Shown here: positions 1-10,343 of the stretch, piece after piece
Layout: each line of letters starts with the position of its first letter
Numbering within the stretch: the first letter of the stretch is position 1
From: Candidatus Eremiobacteria bacterium
Lineage (GTDB): Bacteria; Vulcanimicrobiota; Vulcanimicrobiia; Vulcanimicrobiales; Vulcanimicrobiaceae
Assembly: GCA_963758295.1 (NCBI GenBank)
Contig: CAVWUU010000004.1
Span: forward strand, 1,280,001 to 1,344,000
Length of the DNA: 64,000 nt
Direction: 5' to 3'
Notes under the pieces: model-generated
What the model was told of the DNA's origin: nothing
The model's input: only the letters and a program-made list of their open reading frames with translations
Database searches by the model: none
Translations under genes and position numbers: made by a program

Positions 1-1678
1 TCCATTCTTTCACGCGATCCAGGTCGCTGTAGTCGAGATCCCATCCGGCATACAGCGGATCGATCTTGCCGTTCAAACTCGGCACGTCGGCCGTCCAGCG
101 ATTCGAGTTCTTTACGGGATCGACGAGCTCACCATAATCTCGAAATGATACGTGCGCGCGCCTTGCCGCATCCCACAGATAGCCGGCCGAAGGCACGCGA
201 GCTCCGTCGCCGCCGTCCAGATCGTCCGTCTCGCGGCGGCCACCGTACATCGGCGGCCAGAAGCGCTCGACGTAGTCGTTCGCAAATGCCGTCTCCGCCC
301 ACATATGTCCGGCCGAGCTTACTTCACCGCTCGTATAAGCGTTGTCGAAAAGCCCGAAGCGTTTCGCGACGGCGTGCTCGTTCGGTGTAACTTTTGTACC
401 GAACCACGCAAGCGACGCATCTCCGTTGCCTTGCGGTACATCTCCAAGCACCTGGTCGTACGAGCGGTTTTCTTTTAAGACGAAAAACACGTGCCGGATT
501 GGGCCGTTCGGACGAACGACCGAGGTGCTTGCGGACTTACTCCAGCCGTCGGAGCCTTGCGGGTTGCCTTCACCCGGGGGATCGCTTTTCAGATCGTAAG
601 TGCGCAAAGAGCCGACCTCGAGCGAGCCGATGTAGTCGCTATCGTCCTTGCTGTGGCTTCGGTAGCCCGGATTAGGTGTCGCGCCTTCCCCTTTACCGTT
701 CAAGACGAACAGCCGGTCTTGCGAAACGAATGCGTCGGTCGGATACCAACCCGCTTCGAGTCTTCCAACGACCCGATCGCCGCGCAATACGGCAACGGAA
801 TTCGCGGCGCCAAGCGTCACGTAAACGGTATCGCCTGCAACAGCGACGGCGTTGGGCGAGACGCCCACGGCATCGAACGGCGCCGAACCATCGCCGAGCC
901 GCACGTCGGTGATAACATGCAAATCTCGACGGTCCATTACCGCAACACTGTCGGCATCGCTCTCGGCTACGTAGAGTTTGTCTCCGTCCACGGCAATTGC
1001 CGACGGATGCAATCCGACTTGCTTCTTATCGACGGCCCGAGACGCTACGTCGACGATGAAGAGATTTCGGTCCGCGCGATCGGTGACGTAGAGCTTTGTA
1101 CCGTCGGGACCGAAAGCGATGCCGCCGGGATGAGCGCGCAGTTTAACGGGCGGTTCGTTAGCGACGGAAGCTGATGGGCCGATATGCACCGTGCCGTCGC
1201 CGTCGCATGCAACCGCGAAGGTCTTTCCATCGGGAGAGACCGCAACAAATGCCGGATACGACCCCTTCGGAAACGCCCACGTTGCGACGGCCTTGCTCGC
1301 GGTGTTCACGTCGAAGAGCGCATCGGCATTCGCACCGGCAACCAAAACGTGCTCGCCGTCACGCCAGTATGGACGTCCGAAAGCACCCTTTAACGGAATC
1401 GATGCAACGCGCGTTAGATCCGCTGCGCGATAAAGCCCAAGCGATGCGGGGCGGTATCCCGATTCCACTACGGCAATCGTCGCGCCGTCCGGTGATAACG
1501 CCATACCCTGCGGCATGGTGCCGGTCGAGGCTTCCAACCCGCGAGGCGGCTCGATGACCCACCCGTTCGGCAACGTAACCGGCGCATTGCCTGCAAACGA
1601 CGCGCCGGCCCGAATCGCTGCGGCGATCCCGAGCAACGCTAAAACCGCAATGGTGACTTTTCGCAACTGAACCCCCAT
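1..1678 (-). CDS. Secreted YncE-like beta-propeller / phosphoesterase (alkaline phosphatase superfamily) fusion; 3' end runs off the window
   Basis: Hand translation (absent from the ORF track because it has no stop in the window): signal peptide MGVQLRKVTIAVLALLGIAA, VTLPNGW, repeated SPDG/GPDG blades, GWYPT, HVFFVLKENRSYDQVLGD, SGEVSSAGHMW. Confidence 0.85.
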   Translation of the reverse strand, partial: MGVQLRKVTIAVLALLGIAAAIRAGASFAGNAPVTLPNGWVIEPPRGLEASTGTMPQGMALSPDGATIAVVESGYRPASLGLYRAADLTRVASIPLKGAFGRPYWRDGEHVLVAGANADALFDVNTASKAVATWAFPKGSYPAFVAVSPDGKTFAVACDGDGTVHIGPSASVANEPPVKLRAHPGGIAFGPDGTKLYVTDRADRNLFIVDVASRAVDKKQVGLHPSAIAVDGDKLYVAESDADSVAVMDRRDLHVITDVRLGDGSAPFDAVGVSPNAVAVAGDTVYVTLGAANSVAVLRGDRVVGRLEAGWYPTDAFVSQDRLFVLNGKGEGATPNPGYRSHSKDDSDYIGSLEVGSLRTYDLKSDPPGEGNPQGSDGWSKSASTSVVRPNGPIRHVFFVLKENRSYDQVLGDVPQGNGDASLAWFGTKVTPNEHAVAKRFGLFDNAYTSGEVSSAGHMWAETAFANDYVERFWPPMYGGRRETDDLDGGDGARVPSAGYLWDAARRAHVSFRDYGELVDPVKNSNRWTADVPSLNGKIDPLYAGWDLDYSDLDRVKEW

Positions 1679-1731
1679 AGCATCACAAGCTCCGTTTTAC
1701 TTTGGACTTTCGGGCAGAACCCTCCGGCCGG

Positions 1732-3933
1732 CTACGGCACGAGTAACAGACGCGATCGAGCCGACCGTTCAACGGCACGATCCGAAAACGGGAGCCTCTC
1801 GAGGTCGCCGCGGATCCACCTCTCGCGAAGATCGTCGTAATGTACCGATCCGATTCGCCCCGACTCGCCGGCGGGAATGCTTAGGCCGCCTTCGTCCCAG
1901 TCGGGGATTTGCCATATGGCGCGGAAACTTTGTGAAAGTTCGTCATCTTGCACGTGAATCGTGTACTCGTCGCCGCTACCCGGGAGCGTTCCGCCATTCA
2001 AGAACGGAAACCCGATGGGACCGAACGGATGCAGGATTTGCACGGCTCCCGCTTCGCCCCACGGAAGCTCGCCCTGCGAGCTCCGTCCGGCGATTTGCCG
2101 CCAGTCGTCGAGCACTTCCGCCGCAACGCGATCCGCGCGCATCGCTTCGAAAATCCAATACGGTGACGGCGCCGATCCGTCGGCGTCCGCTCGTAGCGCA
2201 TGTACCAGCGTGGCCGTCTCCGATGGCGCAGCGAATTCTCCGTTCCAGCGGGCAAGCCGTGCGAGCGTCACGTTCGAGAATAAACCGGTGTGGCGGCGGC
2301 CATACGCCGCAAGCCGGTGCGCGAATTCGACGTCAGCAGGCGATCCCACGTCCAATTGCATGCGCGCAAACTCTTCAACAGTATACGAGCGTTTCTCGCG
2401 CAAGAGCTGCGCAACGCGAAAAGCGCGATACGGCGGCGCGAACATCGGACTCAAGCGAAAGCGGTAATCGCTCCCGTACATTTTATTATTCGCGCTTACG
2501 ATTATCTGCTCTCTCGAAGAGCGCGTCGATGGCAGTTGCGCGAACGGAACCGGCGCGAAGCGTTTACGCATGTCGCCGGCCGGATGAACGTACCGCTCCC
2601 AGGCGGGATCGTTCGGAATTGGTCCGGCGAGGTGATACGCGACTTTTCCGCTATCGTCGGCAAAGACGAAGTTTTGCGCCGGGCCTGCATAATGCGCGAG
2701 CGCCGCGGTTGCCTGCGCGATGTCCCGCGCTCGATCGAGCGCGAATACGGTATCGATCGCCGAAGCGTTGGAAACGTATGGCGTCCACCGCACCAGCACC
2801 ATGCCGCGCCCCGCTTGTGACGCGACGGCGAATTCCGACGGGGTGCGATAATACGCCTTCATCACGTTGCGGCCGAATCGCACTCGGAATCGCTCCGGAT
2901 ACAAATGCCCGTGCCGCAGGCGATCCGCTTGGAACACGCTGAAACACGCGGCCATGGCGTTAGTCGTTCCCCAGGCGAAGTGCTCGTTGTGTCCGAGCAT
3001 TACGCCCGGTACGCCCGGCACCGTGACGCCGGCAACGTGAAATCCCGGCGCTCGCATTTCGACGACGTACCAGACGCCGGGGACGCTCAGCGTCAAGTGC
3101 GGATCGTTCGCCAATAGCGCGCGCCGCGTTTTAGTATAAGCTGCGCCTGCTGCCCAAGCATTGCTTCCAAAACGCTCTACGCCTGAGAGTCGCGTCGCAT
3201 TCAACGCGAGCGCCGGCGGCAAGATCCGTGCGCGATGCATTGGATCGCGCACACCGTTAGTCGAAACGTCGTACGACGGATCGGAGAGCGGTAAGAGCGC
3301 CGCGTACTGCTCTGGCGTGTGTTCTCGCCAAAGAGCATCGCGCTGCAGCACGTTCTCGATCGTATCGCCAAGCGACACCGAAACTGCCAGCGTTACGGCC
3401 AGCGAATCTTTCGGTCTCCACGGTCTAGGCGAATAGAGCAGCAACCGGAACTCGAGCGGAAGCGGCAACGTCGCACGCGCGGCATTTACGCCGTCGCTGA
3501 ATGCCTGCAAGTCTTCGCGATCGCGCGACGGCAGATGAACCCATTCCCGCTCAACGATATCGCGCGCGTCGAAAGCGCGCATCGCTTCGTCTCGTGTAAG
3601 TTGGATTGGTCCGAGCATCTCGCTCAGCTCGCCGTAAATATAGCGACGATACAAGTCCATTTGGAAGAGCCGGTCCGCACCTTGAACGTAACCCTCGGCG
3701 AAGAAAGCATCCCGTTCGCGGCGCGCTCGAATGTGCGGGATGCCGCGTTCGTCGCGAACGATGGCGACCGGGGCGGAGATTTTGAAGCCCCCAATCGTGC
3801 CGTAGGACGAAGCGGTTCGTAAGCCGGCTGATACGTAGACCGCATAGGCTAGCAATGCCAGCGCCAAGGCGACGGCGAGGCTCTTGAATTGATCCAGAAT
3901 GCGGCCGCCCGCGGAACGGGTCAGCGATCGCAT
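1732..3933 (-). CDS. Penicillin acylase family Ntn-hydrolase
   Basis: RDERGIPHI, GYVQGADRLFQMD, GSNAWA nucleophile motif, LANDPHL, N-terminal TM segment; start uncertain (3933 or about 4002). Confidence 0.9.
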   Translation of the reverse strand: MRSLTRSAGGRILDQFKSLAVALALALLAYAVYVSAGLRTASSYGTIGGFKISAPVAIVRDERGIPHIRARRERDAFFAEGYVQGADRLFQMDLYRRYIYGELSEMLGPIQLTRDEAMRAFDARDIVEREWVHLPSRDREDLQAFSDGVNAARATLPLPLEFRLLLYSPRPWRPKDSLAVTLAVSVSLGDTIENVLQRDALWREHTPEQYAALLPLSDPSYDVSTNGVRDPMHRARILPPALALNATRLSGVERFGSNAWAAGAAYTKTRRALLANDPHLTLSVPGVWYVVEMRAPGFHVAGVTVPGVPGVMLGHNEHFAWGTTNAMAACFSVFQADRLRHGHLYPERFRVRFGRNVMKAYYRTPSEFAVASQAGRGMVLVRWTPYVSNASAIDTVFALDRARDIAQATAALAHYAGPAQNFVFADDSGKVAYHLAGPIPNDPAWERYVHPAGDMRKRFAPVPFAQLPSTRSSREQIIVSANNKMYGSDYRFRLSPMFAPPYRAFRVAQLLREKRSYTVEEFARMQLDVGSPADVEFAHRLAAYGRRHTGLFSNVTLARLARWNGEFAAPSETATLVHALRADADGSAPSPYWIFEAMRADRVAAEVLDDWRQIAGRSSQGELPWGEAGAVQILHPFGPIGFPFLNGGTLPGSGDEYTIHVQDDELSQSFRAIWQIPDWDEGGLSIPAGESGRIGSVHYDDLRERWIRGDLERLPFSDRAVERSARSRLLLVP

Positions 3934-4234
3934 GGAGCGCTCTCGCTCCATTGCGGCGAGCTGCCGCAGCGCGGTGCCGGCCTCCGCCTCAGGAACGTTC
4001 ATGCTGCGTTTTCCCGCCTGAGCAACGCCCCACGTGGTCTTTGGGTGACGCATCCGATAACTCCAAGGACAGCGTAGCACCCCGGGGACCCGAAAAGCAT
4101 GGAGATTCCGCGGTGGAGAGCCGGATTTCGATACGGCCCGAAAAAGCCGGAATTTCTCGTGTACCGAAAGGCAGCTTAAGAAAACGCGATAATTCGTAGT
4201 ATACTTGGAATGCCTCTCGCGGAGGAGACTCGTT

Positions 4235-4972
4235 ATGGCGCTTTCACGACGTCTTTCTGCTGAATTTTTCGGGACGTTTTGGCTCGTTTTTGGAGGTTGC
4301 GGCAGCGCAGTTATCGCTGCTGCGTTTCCAAAACTCGGCATCGGCTTCGCCGGCGTCGCCTTGGCTTTCGGGCTCACCTTATTGACGATGGCTTACACCA
4401 TCGGGCCGATTTCCGGTTGTCACATCAATCCGGCCGTGACCGTGGGCCTGTGGGTTGCGAAGCGATTTCCAACGCGCGACGTGATCCCGTACATCATCGC
4501 ACAAGTGCTCGGTGCAATCGTCGCAGCAGGTGTGCTATTTGTTGTTGCAAGCGGGAAACCCGGATTCACCGCCGGTCAGTTCGCAAGCAACGGCTATGGC
4601 GCGCTTTCACCCGGCGGATACGCAATGGGATCGGCTCTCCTGATTGAAGTTGTGCTGACCTTCGGTTTCCTGATGGTGATTCTCGGCGCAACCGATCGCC
4701 GCGCACCCGTAGGCTTTGCCGGTCTTGCAATCGGTCTCGCGCTTACACTGATCCATCTAATCGGCATTCCGGTCGACAACACGTCGGTCAATCCGGCGCG
4801 CAGCACGGGGCCCGCAATCTTTGCCGGAAGCGCAGAACTCGCGCAACTCTGGCTCTTCTGGCTTGCGCCACTCGTCGGCGGCGCCATTGCCGGGCTGCTT
4901 TATCCGCTCCTATTCGGTGAAGAAGTGAGCAAAGAGCCCGTCGTCGGAAAAGCGGTACCCGCGCAATCGTAG
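4235..4972 (+). CDS. aqpZ: Aquaporin Z
   Basis: [18 protein letters not shown], two NPA motifs ([14 protein letters not shown]); GGAGGA RBS upstream. Confidence 0.95.
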   Translation: MALSRRLSAEFFGTFWLVFGGCGSAVIAAAFPKLGIGFAGVALAFGLTLLTMAYTIGPISGCHINPAVTVGLWVAKRFPTRDVIPYIIAQVLGAIVAAGVLFVVASGKPGFTAGQFASNGYGALSPGGYAMGSALLIEVVLTFGFLMVILGATDRRAPVGFAGLAIGLALTLIHLIGIPVDNTSVNPARSTGPAIFAGSAELAQLWLFWLAPLVGGAIAGLLYPLLFGEEVSKEPVVGKAVPAQS

Positions 4973-4979
4973 ACCGGCA

Positions 4980-5675
4980 TTATGCCGTTGTGTTGCGGCT
5001 CACGCGGCACATCGGCAATTCGCGAGACACAACGAATCCCAATGCTTCGTATAGCGTTCGCGCACGGTCGTTCGTAAGATCCTGGTGAAGTATCGGCGTG
5101 TCGCGTTCGGCGAGAACGCCGGCGGCTAAATGGTGAACGAGCGCGCCGGCGTAACCGCGTCCTGCGAAACGCGGATCGGTACAGACGCCGCTTATTTCGC
5201 GATAGCCGGCGGGTGCGAGACGCAGCCCCGCCATGGCCACGAGTTCGCAGTCTTGGAAAATCACGGCGTATCGCCCCATTTCAATCGTGCGGCGGCGAAA
5301 ATAGGCGGGATAGACGCGCGCAATAAGGTCGAGCATCGCGTCGACGTCCGGTTCGCCGAGCGTCCGGATATCGACGTCAGTTACGACCGGCGACGGACGT
5401 AAGGCGTAGCAAACCATTTGCAGAATGTTGTCGCGCGGCGTAACGCTATACCGGTTCGGTTCTATCTGCGGAAGGGTCCCGACAAAGTAAGCGAACTCGC
5501 GCGAGCCGAGTGTTTCGTCGAGAACGCTCTCACTGAGAGGTCTGCGAGCCGGCACGGCTGCGAAGGGCGCCATGTCGGGCGGATACAGTTTTAGCGCGGG
5601 TCCGCCTTCGCTGAAAACCGCATGCCGTCCGATCAAGCTTGACCATACCGGATTTTCTAGCGCATCCTGCGCCAT
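4980..5675 (-). CDS. GNAT family acetyltransferase (FR47-like)
   Basis: LENPVWSSL N-terminus; EISGVCTDPRFAGRGYA acetyl-CoA motif; N..A..LYEALGF. Confidence 0.9.
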   Translation of the reverse strand: MAQDALENPVWSSLIGRHAVFSEGGPALKLYPPDMAPFAAVPARRPLSESVLDETLGSREFAYFVGTLPQIEPNRYSVTPRDNILQMVCYALRPSPVVTDVDIRTLGEPDVDAMLDLIARVYPAYFRRRTIEMGRYAVIFQDCELVAMAGLRLAPAGYREISGVCTDPRFAGRGYAGALVHHLAAGVLAERDTPILHQDLTNDRARTLYEALGFVVSRELPMCRVSRNTTA

Positions 5676-5691
5676 TTGCTTACTCCGTCCC

Positions 5692-6492
5692 TTACAATGC
5701 CGCCGTTCCCAGTACTCGAATACGCAACGATGGCGTGAAGAGTCCGTATGGTTGCGTCACCGCATTAAAAATCCCCACCAGCCGGCCGTCGTTAGACCAC
5801 ACGCCTGCGCCGCTATCTCCTTCGTTACAGAGCCGGCATTCGAGCATTGACGTATACGCCCAGTCGTCGATGAGCGATGCTTGCGTTCCGTCGACGCTGT
5901 CGGCGTCTTTCCAACCCCAATTTAAATTCGCGAAATTTCCCAACACGTGCAACTGTTCGCCGGGATTGATGGAAAATTCGGGATGCGCGACGCTGCGGTG
6001 CGGGCGGCGAGCTTGGACGTGAATGGACACGATGTCATACGATTGGACGACGTCCTGAATGACGCCGTCGAATCGTCCGGTGTCGCCGTCACGAAACCGT
6101 ACCTGAATGGTGCTTTGATCCGGGATTACATACATTGCCGCGCCGTCAAAAGTGCGGCGGCTCGGTTCGATGCAATGACGCGCGGTTAGCACTTCTATCC
6201 CCCGGCCCTGCGCGTCGCGAATGCCTTCGGCGACTCCGGCACAACGATACCAGGACCGATTGACGGAGGCATCTCGTTGCTTCGCACACGCGGCGGCATC
6301 CGGCTCCGGGGAATTGCTCTCGCCCCAACAGCCCGATACCGTATCGACGTATCCGCTAATTAGCACGGTAGCATTCTCAGCGTCCCTCATGGCCTTTGAG
6401 GAGAGCTGCTGCACTGGCTGGGCGCCGGCGGAAATGGTTGCGTAAAAAAACAGTGCCGCTAAGGCGAACGACATCTTTGGGGCGGAGACCAT
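5692..6492 (-). CDS. Secreted trypsin-like serine protease
   Basis: Signal peptide; LTARHC (His), YDIV (Asp), GDSGAG (Ser). Confidence 0.8.
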   Translation of the reverse strand: MVSAPKMSFALAALFFYATISAGAQPVQQLSSKAMRDAENATVLISGYVDTVSGCWGESNSPEPDAAACAKQRDASVNRSWYRCAGVAEGIRDAQGRGIEVLTARHCIEPSRRTFDGAAMYVIPDQSTIQVRFRDGDTGRFDGVIQDVVQSYDIVSIHVQARRPHRSVAHPEFSINPGEQLHVLGNFANLNWGWKDADSVDGTQASLIDDWAYTSMLECRLCNEGDSGAGVWSNDGRLVGIFNAVTQPYGLFTPSLRIRVLGTAAL

Positions 6493-6554
6493 TTCGCCTA
6501 CTATACCCTTGCGCTTGCGGCTGCTATGCACGCGGCCCCAATTATTGTGAATAG

Positions 6555-7193
6555 CTAGGGCATCTTAAACGCAACGATCTCGTTGTTGTCCCGGTGACTG
6601 GTCCAGAACCTCGTTCCGTCATACGTCAAGCCTCGCGCATCGAACGGAATGTCGGCGAGGGTCGTAATCTTCGGCGTCTTATCGCGCGCGTCAACTTTTG
6701 TCAACTGCATGTTTTCGAACTCAGCGTCGCTTGTGGCCAGATAGAAGCATCCCTCGACGACCGTCATGCCGAGCGGAACGCGTTCGAGCGGGATTTCATG
6801 CAAAATGGCGCCCTGATTGTCGAGCGCTACGATCCGCCCATTGCCCGCTTGCGACAGGAATAGCGTATCTCCGTCGAACGCGAGATGTGAACCGGTAAAA
6901 TCCGGGCACTCGAGGCGTTCACTTTTAAAACCGCGTCCCGGAAGAAAGCGGTAAATGTAGCGATCGTCTTCTTCCCCCTGGCCGATAACGACGCGTAACT
7001 CATCGCCCACAATCGTCATGCCGAAGGGTCCGCCCGGAGCTTCCGTTTCTTCGCGAACCGTCCAGGTCGCCGTGTCTATTGCATAGAGGCGATGAGTCTC
7101 GCGACTCGCCATCCAAAGGACGCCGCCGTCGAAAGCAAGACCTAGCGGTTTCGGCGCAGGCGAAAGCAAGCGCAGATCTTCCGTAATCTCCAT
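6555..7193 (-). CDS. Small beta-propeller protein (YncE/glutamine cyclotransferase-like), function unknown
   Basis: Repeated blades GLAFDG, GMTIVG, HLAFDG, GMTVVEG, GLTYDG. Confidence 0.65.
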   Translation of the reverse strand: MEITEDLRLLSPAPKPLGLAFDGGVLWMASRETHRLYAIDTATWTVREETEAPGGPFGMTIVGDELRVVIGQGEEDDRYIYRFLPGRGFKSERLECPDFTGSHLAFDGDTLFLSQAGNGRIVALDNQGAILHEIPLERVPLGMTVVEGCFYLATSDAEFENMQLTKVDARDKTPKITTLADIPFDARGLTYDGTRFWTSHRDNNEIVAFKMP

Positions 7194-7238
7194 AATGAGG
7201 CCGTCCGTTCGTCGCAACGTGAAGGTTTTACTTGGCGC

Positions 7239-7553
7239 TTAAGCCCGGGTGTTTTCGAAGACCATGATGTCGACGCCGGCTTGCGCGAAATTCTCCAAGT
7301 CCGCGACGACGGCTTGTCCTTGCGGTGATGCAAGCGCATTGTCCACCGCATCGGCCGATGGAAAGCGAAGGGTCGCAACCAGGTAATACGGGTCTTTGTC
7401 CGTCAGACCGCGGCTGAGCGAGTACGACTGCAGGCCGGGCAATTGTTTTGCCAGCGGTACGTGCGTATCAGCATAGTACGCGTCGAAGCGCGCCGGATCG
7501 GCAGGACGCTTGTAGAGCGCGAGGACCGTCGCGCCGGATGAATCGATCGTCAT
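7239..7553 (-). CDS. EthD family protein
   Basis: LYKRPADPARFDAYYADTHVPLAKQLPGL; ALASPQGQAVVADLENF. Confidence 0.9.
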   Translation of the reverse strand: MTIDSSGATVLALYKRPADPARFDAYYADTHVPLAKQLPGLQSYSLSRGLTDKDPYYLVATLRFPSADAVDNALASPQGQAVVADLENFAQAGVDIMVFENTRA

Positions 7554-7749
7554 AGTTTTCATGCAAACGGTTCGCGCGCGTGCGAGCAACAGTCAAGGTC
7601 TAGCTTGGTGACGGAATCAAATGGCGGCCCGTTTTCGTTTACCCGCTACAGAGCGGCGTTTGGAATGCTTGACCGCAAGGAAGGTATCCACTCAAGCGAC
7701 GTTCCGACCGGCGGCAAGCGGCCGCCAAGCATACGGAGTGCGAAAATTC

Positions 7750-9882
7750 ATGTCTTTATTTCAAAAATTCGCAGCCCTCGCGGCGACAAGCGCAACGACA
7801 GCCCTGCTACTCCACGCGTCTCCCGCAAACGCGCAAGCTTATAACGGCGGCGTCGCAGAGGTAAGCGTTGCCAATGGTAACGTTTCAATCGTTCGCGGCG
7901 ACAGCGGCGCGCAGGCAGCCGCAACCGTCAATGCGCCGCTGGTGCCCGGCGATTACCTCTCGACAGGTCCGGGATCGACCGCAGAAGTCCAGTTCGACGG
8001 CGCATCGATGCTTCGCGTCGGCTCTAACTCGCAGGTGCGGTTGATCGATCTAAGCCCGGGGTCGCGGGAAGCGCAAATTGGCGTCGGCACCGTGGACCTA
8101 GCCGAATTGCAAGGCGGGGGCGGCGCACAAATCGACACGCCGTCCGTGGCAGTTCGTCCGAATCAAAACGGCGACGTTCGTGTTTCGGTGAATGGCAACG
8201 GGCAAACGGCGGTTACCGTTCGCAGCGGCTCGGCGACGGTATCAAGCGGATCCGGTTCGCAAACTTTGACTCCCGGAAGCACCCTCGTCGCGTCCGGACC
8301 GTATTCGAATCCGTCGATTAATATGCAGGGCGCAATCGGGTTCGATTCATTCGATCAATACAATATGTCACGCGATCAGGCGATCGCATCGGCGTATAAC
8401 TCCAATCCGTATTTGTCCCCGCAACTCGCGGGATACTCGAATCTCTCGAACTATGGCACGTGGCAAAACGTGCCCGGCTACGGCGAGGCATGGGCGCCAA
8501 GCAATCAAAGCCAAAACAACTTCGCGCCCTATCAGAACGGCCAATGGGTTTGGGAACCGGGTTCCGGTTACACCTGGGTCGACAACGCACCGTACGGCTA
8601 CGCCGTAACGCACTACGGGTCGTGGTTCAACAATCAAAACTACGGCGGATGGTTGTGGCAACCGCCCGCCTATCAGGATCAGAGCACGTCGAATGCTCTT
8701 GCGTCGGCATGGCTTCCGGCTGTCGTGTCGTTCTTCTTGAACGGCGGTTCGGGCGTCGATCTAGGCTCGCTTCTGAGTGGCGGATTCTCCGCGCTCAACG
8801 GCGGCAACTATGGCAACAACACCGACATCGGTTGGATTCCGCTCGCGCCGGGCGAACAGTATCAGCCCTGGTATGGAACGAATTACTCGTATCCCGCGAC
8901 CCAACTGACGAGCGTCCCGACGGTAACCAACATTAACAACTACTACACCAATGCGCGCTACTATCGCGGCGTCACAATGGTTCCGGTGAACTCATGGCGC
9001 ACCGGCGACTTCCGTCACTACACCTCTACTCGCGCGCAAGAGCTGAGGCACGTCTATCTAATCCGCGGATCGGTCCCGGTGGTGCCGACCACGGCGAACC
9101 TGCATTACACTGCAACGCGCGTTAGCCGCCCCGTGACGCTCTCGCACGTCTTCACGGCACCGCGTTTCGCCGCTAAAGCACCCGCGGCGCACGTGTCGTT
9201 CGCGACGCAACAAGCGCACATCAGAGCGATCTCGGTCGCAAAACCAAAAGTCGTTCCGATTTCGGAACTGCACCGCGTTACCGCGCATCCGGTGTACCAC
9301 CCCGTGAAACGGGCGGAAGTGCACGTTACCGCGATGAAGCCCGTTGCGCCGAAGACCACAGCGCCTAAAGCGCCCGCGCCCAAGCATGAAACGGCGCCGA
9401 AGGCTCCGGCACACTCTTCGACCACGACGACATCCGTAACGCATCCCGCGCCGGCGCCCAAACCTTTCGAACACACCAAGCCGGCACCTAAACCAGAAGC
9501 GAAGCCCGCAGCTAAGCCTGAGGCGAAACCGGTCCAACATCCGAAACCGGTCACGAACGAAAACCCGGTTACGCATACCGCACCGGCGGCAAAGCCGGTG
9601 ATGCATCATGAAACCGCTCCGCTAGCGCGCCCCGAACCTGCGGCCAAACCCATAACACACACCGCTCCCGCCGCGAAACCGGTCGTTCACCAGGCGCCGC
9701 CTGCGCCCGCCGTACACCCGGCGGCGGAAGCCAAGCCCGTGCCGCATGAAGCTCCGGTTGCTAGACCGGTAACGCATCCGGCACCCGCGGTAAAGCCCGC
9801 GTCGCATCCGGAGCCGGCAAAAACAGCTCCGAAAACGACTGAGGAAAAACCCGCAGTTCATCCGACGGCGCGACCGGTTTAG
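7750..9882 (+). CDS. Secreted FecR-domain / DUF6600-like protein with Pro/Ala/Lys/His-rich tail
   Basis: Signal peptide; N.PLVPGD.LSTG...AEVQFD FecR-like start; YGTW..VPGYG..W.P, APY.NGQW.W, GYTWV, HYG.W, GWIPLAPGE; low-complexity C-terminus. Confidence 0.8.
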   Translation: MSLFQKFAALAATSATTALLLHASPANAQAYNGGVAEVSVANGNVSIVRGDSGAQAAATVNAPLVPGDYLSTGPGSTAEVQFDGASMLRVGSNSQVRLIDLSPGSREAQIGVGTVDLAELQGGGGAQIDTPSVAVRPNQNGDVRVSVNGNGQTAVTVRSGSATVSSGSGSQTLTPGSTLVASGPYSNPSINMQGAIGFDSFDQYNMSRDQAIASAYNSNPYLSPQLAGYSNLSNYGTWQNVPGYGEAWAPSNQSQNNFAPYQNGQWVWEPGSGYTWVDNAPYGYAVTHYGSWFNNQNYGGWLWQPPAYQDQSTSNALASAWLPAVVSFFLNGGSGVDLGSLLSGGFSALNGGNYGNNTDIGWIPLAPGEQYQPWYGTNYSYPATQLTSVPTVTNINNYYTNARYYRGVTMVPVNSWRTGDFRHYTSTRAQELRHVYLIRGSVPVVPTTANLHYTATRVSRPVTLSHVFTAPRFAAKAPAAHVSFATQQAHIRAISVAKPKVVPISELHRVTAHPVYHPVKRAEVHVTAMKPVAPKTTAPKAPAPKHETAPKAPAHSSTTTTSVTHPAPAPKPFEHTKPAPKPEAKPAAKPEAKPVQHPKPVTNENPVTHTAPAAKPVMHHETAPLARPEPAAKPITHTAPAAKPVVHQAPPAPAVHPAAEAKPVPHEAPVARPVTHPAPAVKPASHPEPAKTAPKTTEEKPAVHPTARPV

Positions 9883-9897
9883 CAGCCGCGCTCGCCT

Positions 9898-9938
9898 CAA
9901 AGAAAAGAGCCCCCGCAACCGCGGAGGCTCTATTTTTT
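9898..9938. terminator. Bidirectional intrinsic terminator
   Basis: A-tract, GAGCC-C-CCGC aacc GCGG-A-GGCTC stem, T-tract, between convergent genes. Confidence 0.8.
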
Positions 9939-9950
9939 GCCTCGAGGCTT

Positions 9951-10343
9951 TTATCTCAATGGTTCGTGCATTCCGGAACGAGCTTTGAAGATCGGCGCAA
10001 ACAAACCGCGATAAGGCAGTGCAATGATCAACCAAAGCACGGTCGCGAAGAACCAGAACGGCAGCAGCATCGGCGACGTGATCAGATGGTACGCGAAGCT
10101 ATTGTACAAAAAGGCGGCGAGCATGATGAGCGCAACCGGAACGAACCGGTTCGTCAAAAATGACAATCCTATCAGGAGTTGCACGAAGGCGATAAACCAT
10201 ATCCAATGACTGCTGAACAACGCGTTGTTAACTACTCCGGCGATCCCCGGTTGAGGCGGAGGTGAGCCGAGAAATCCCGTGATGCCCGCGAACGCGAAAA
10301 GAATACCGAGAACGATGCGGGCGACGATCGATACGATGCGCAT
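9951..10343 (-). CDS. DoxX-like membrane protein
   Basis: Four hydrophobic helices; ARIVLG..F...G, NRFVPVAL. Confidence 0.7.
   Translation of the reverse strand: MRIVSIVARIVLGILFAFAGITGFLGSPPPQPGIAGVVNNALFSSHWIWFIAFVQLLIGLSFLTNRFVPVALIMLAAFLYNSFAYHLITSPMLLPFWFFATVLWLIIALPYRGLFAPIFKARSGMHEPLR

Noticed and set aside
145..1562. Plus-strand ORFs at the window start
   Set aside because: Antisense shadows of the minus-strand phosphoesterase gene
3934..4377. 881-aa version of the penicillin acylase ORF
   Set aside because: The extension overlaps aqpZ on the opposite strand and has no family-like sequence; the true start is near the TM segment
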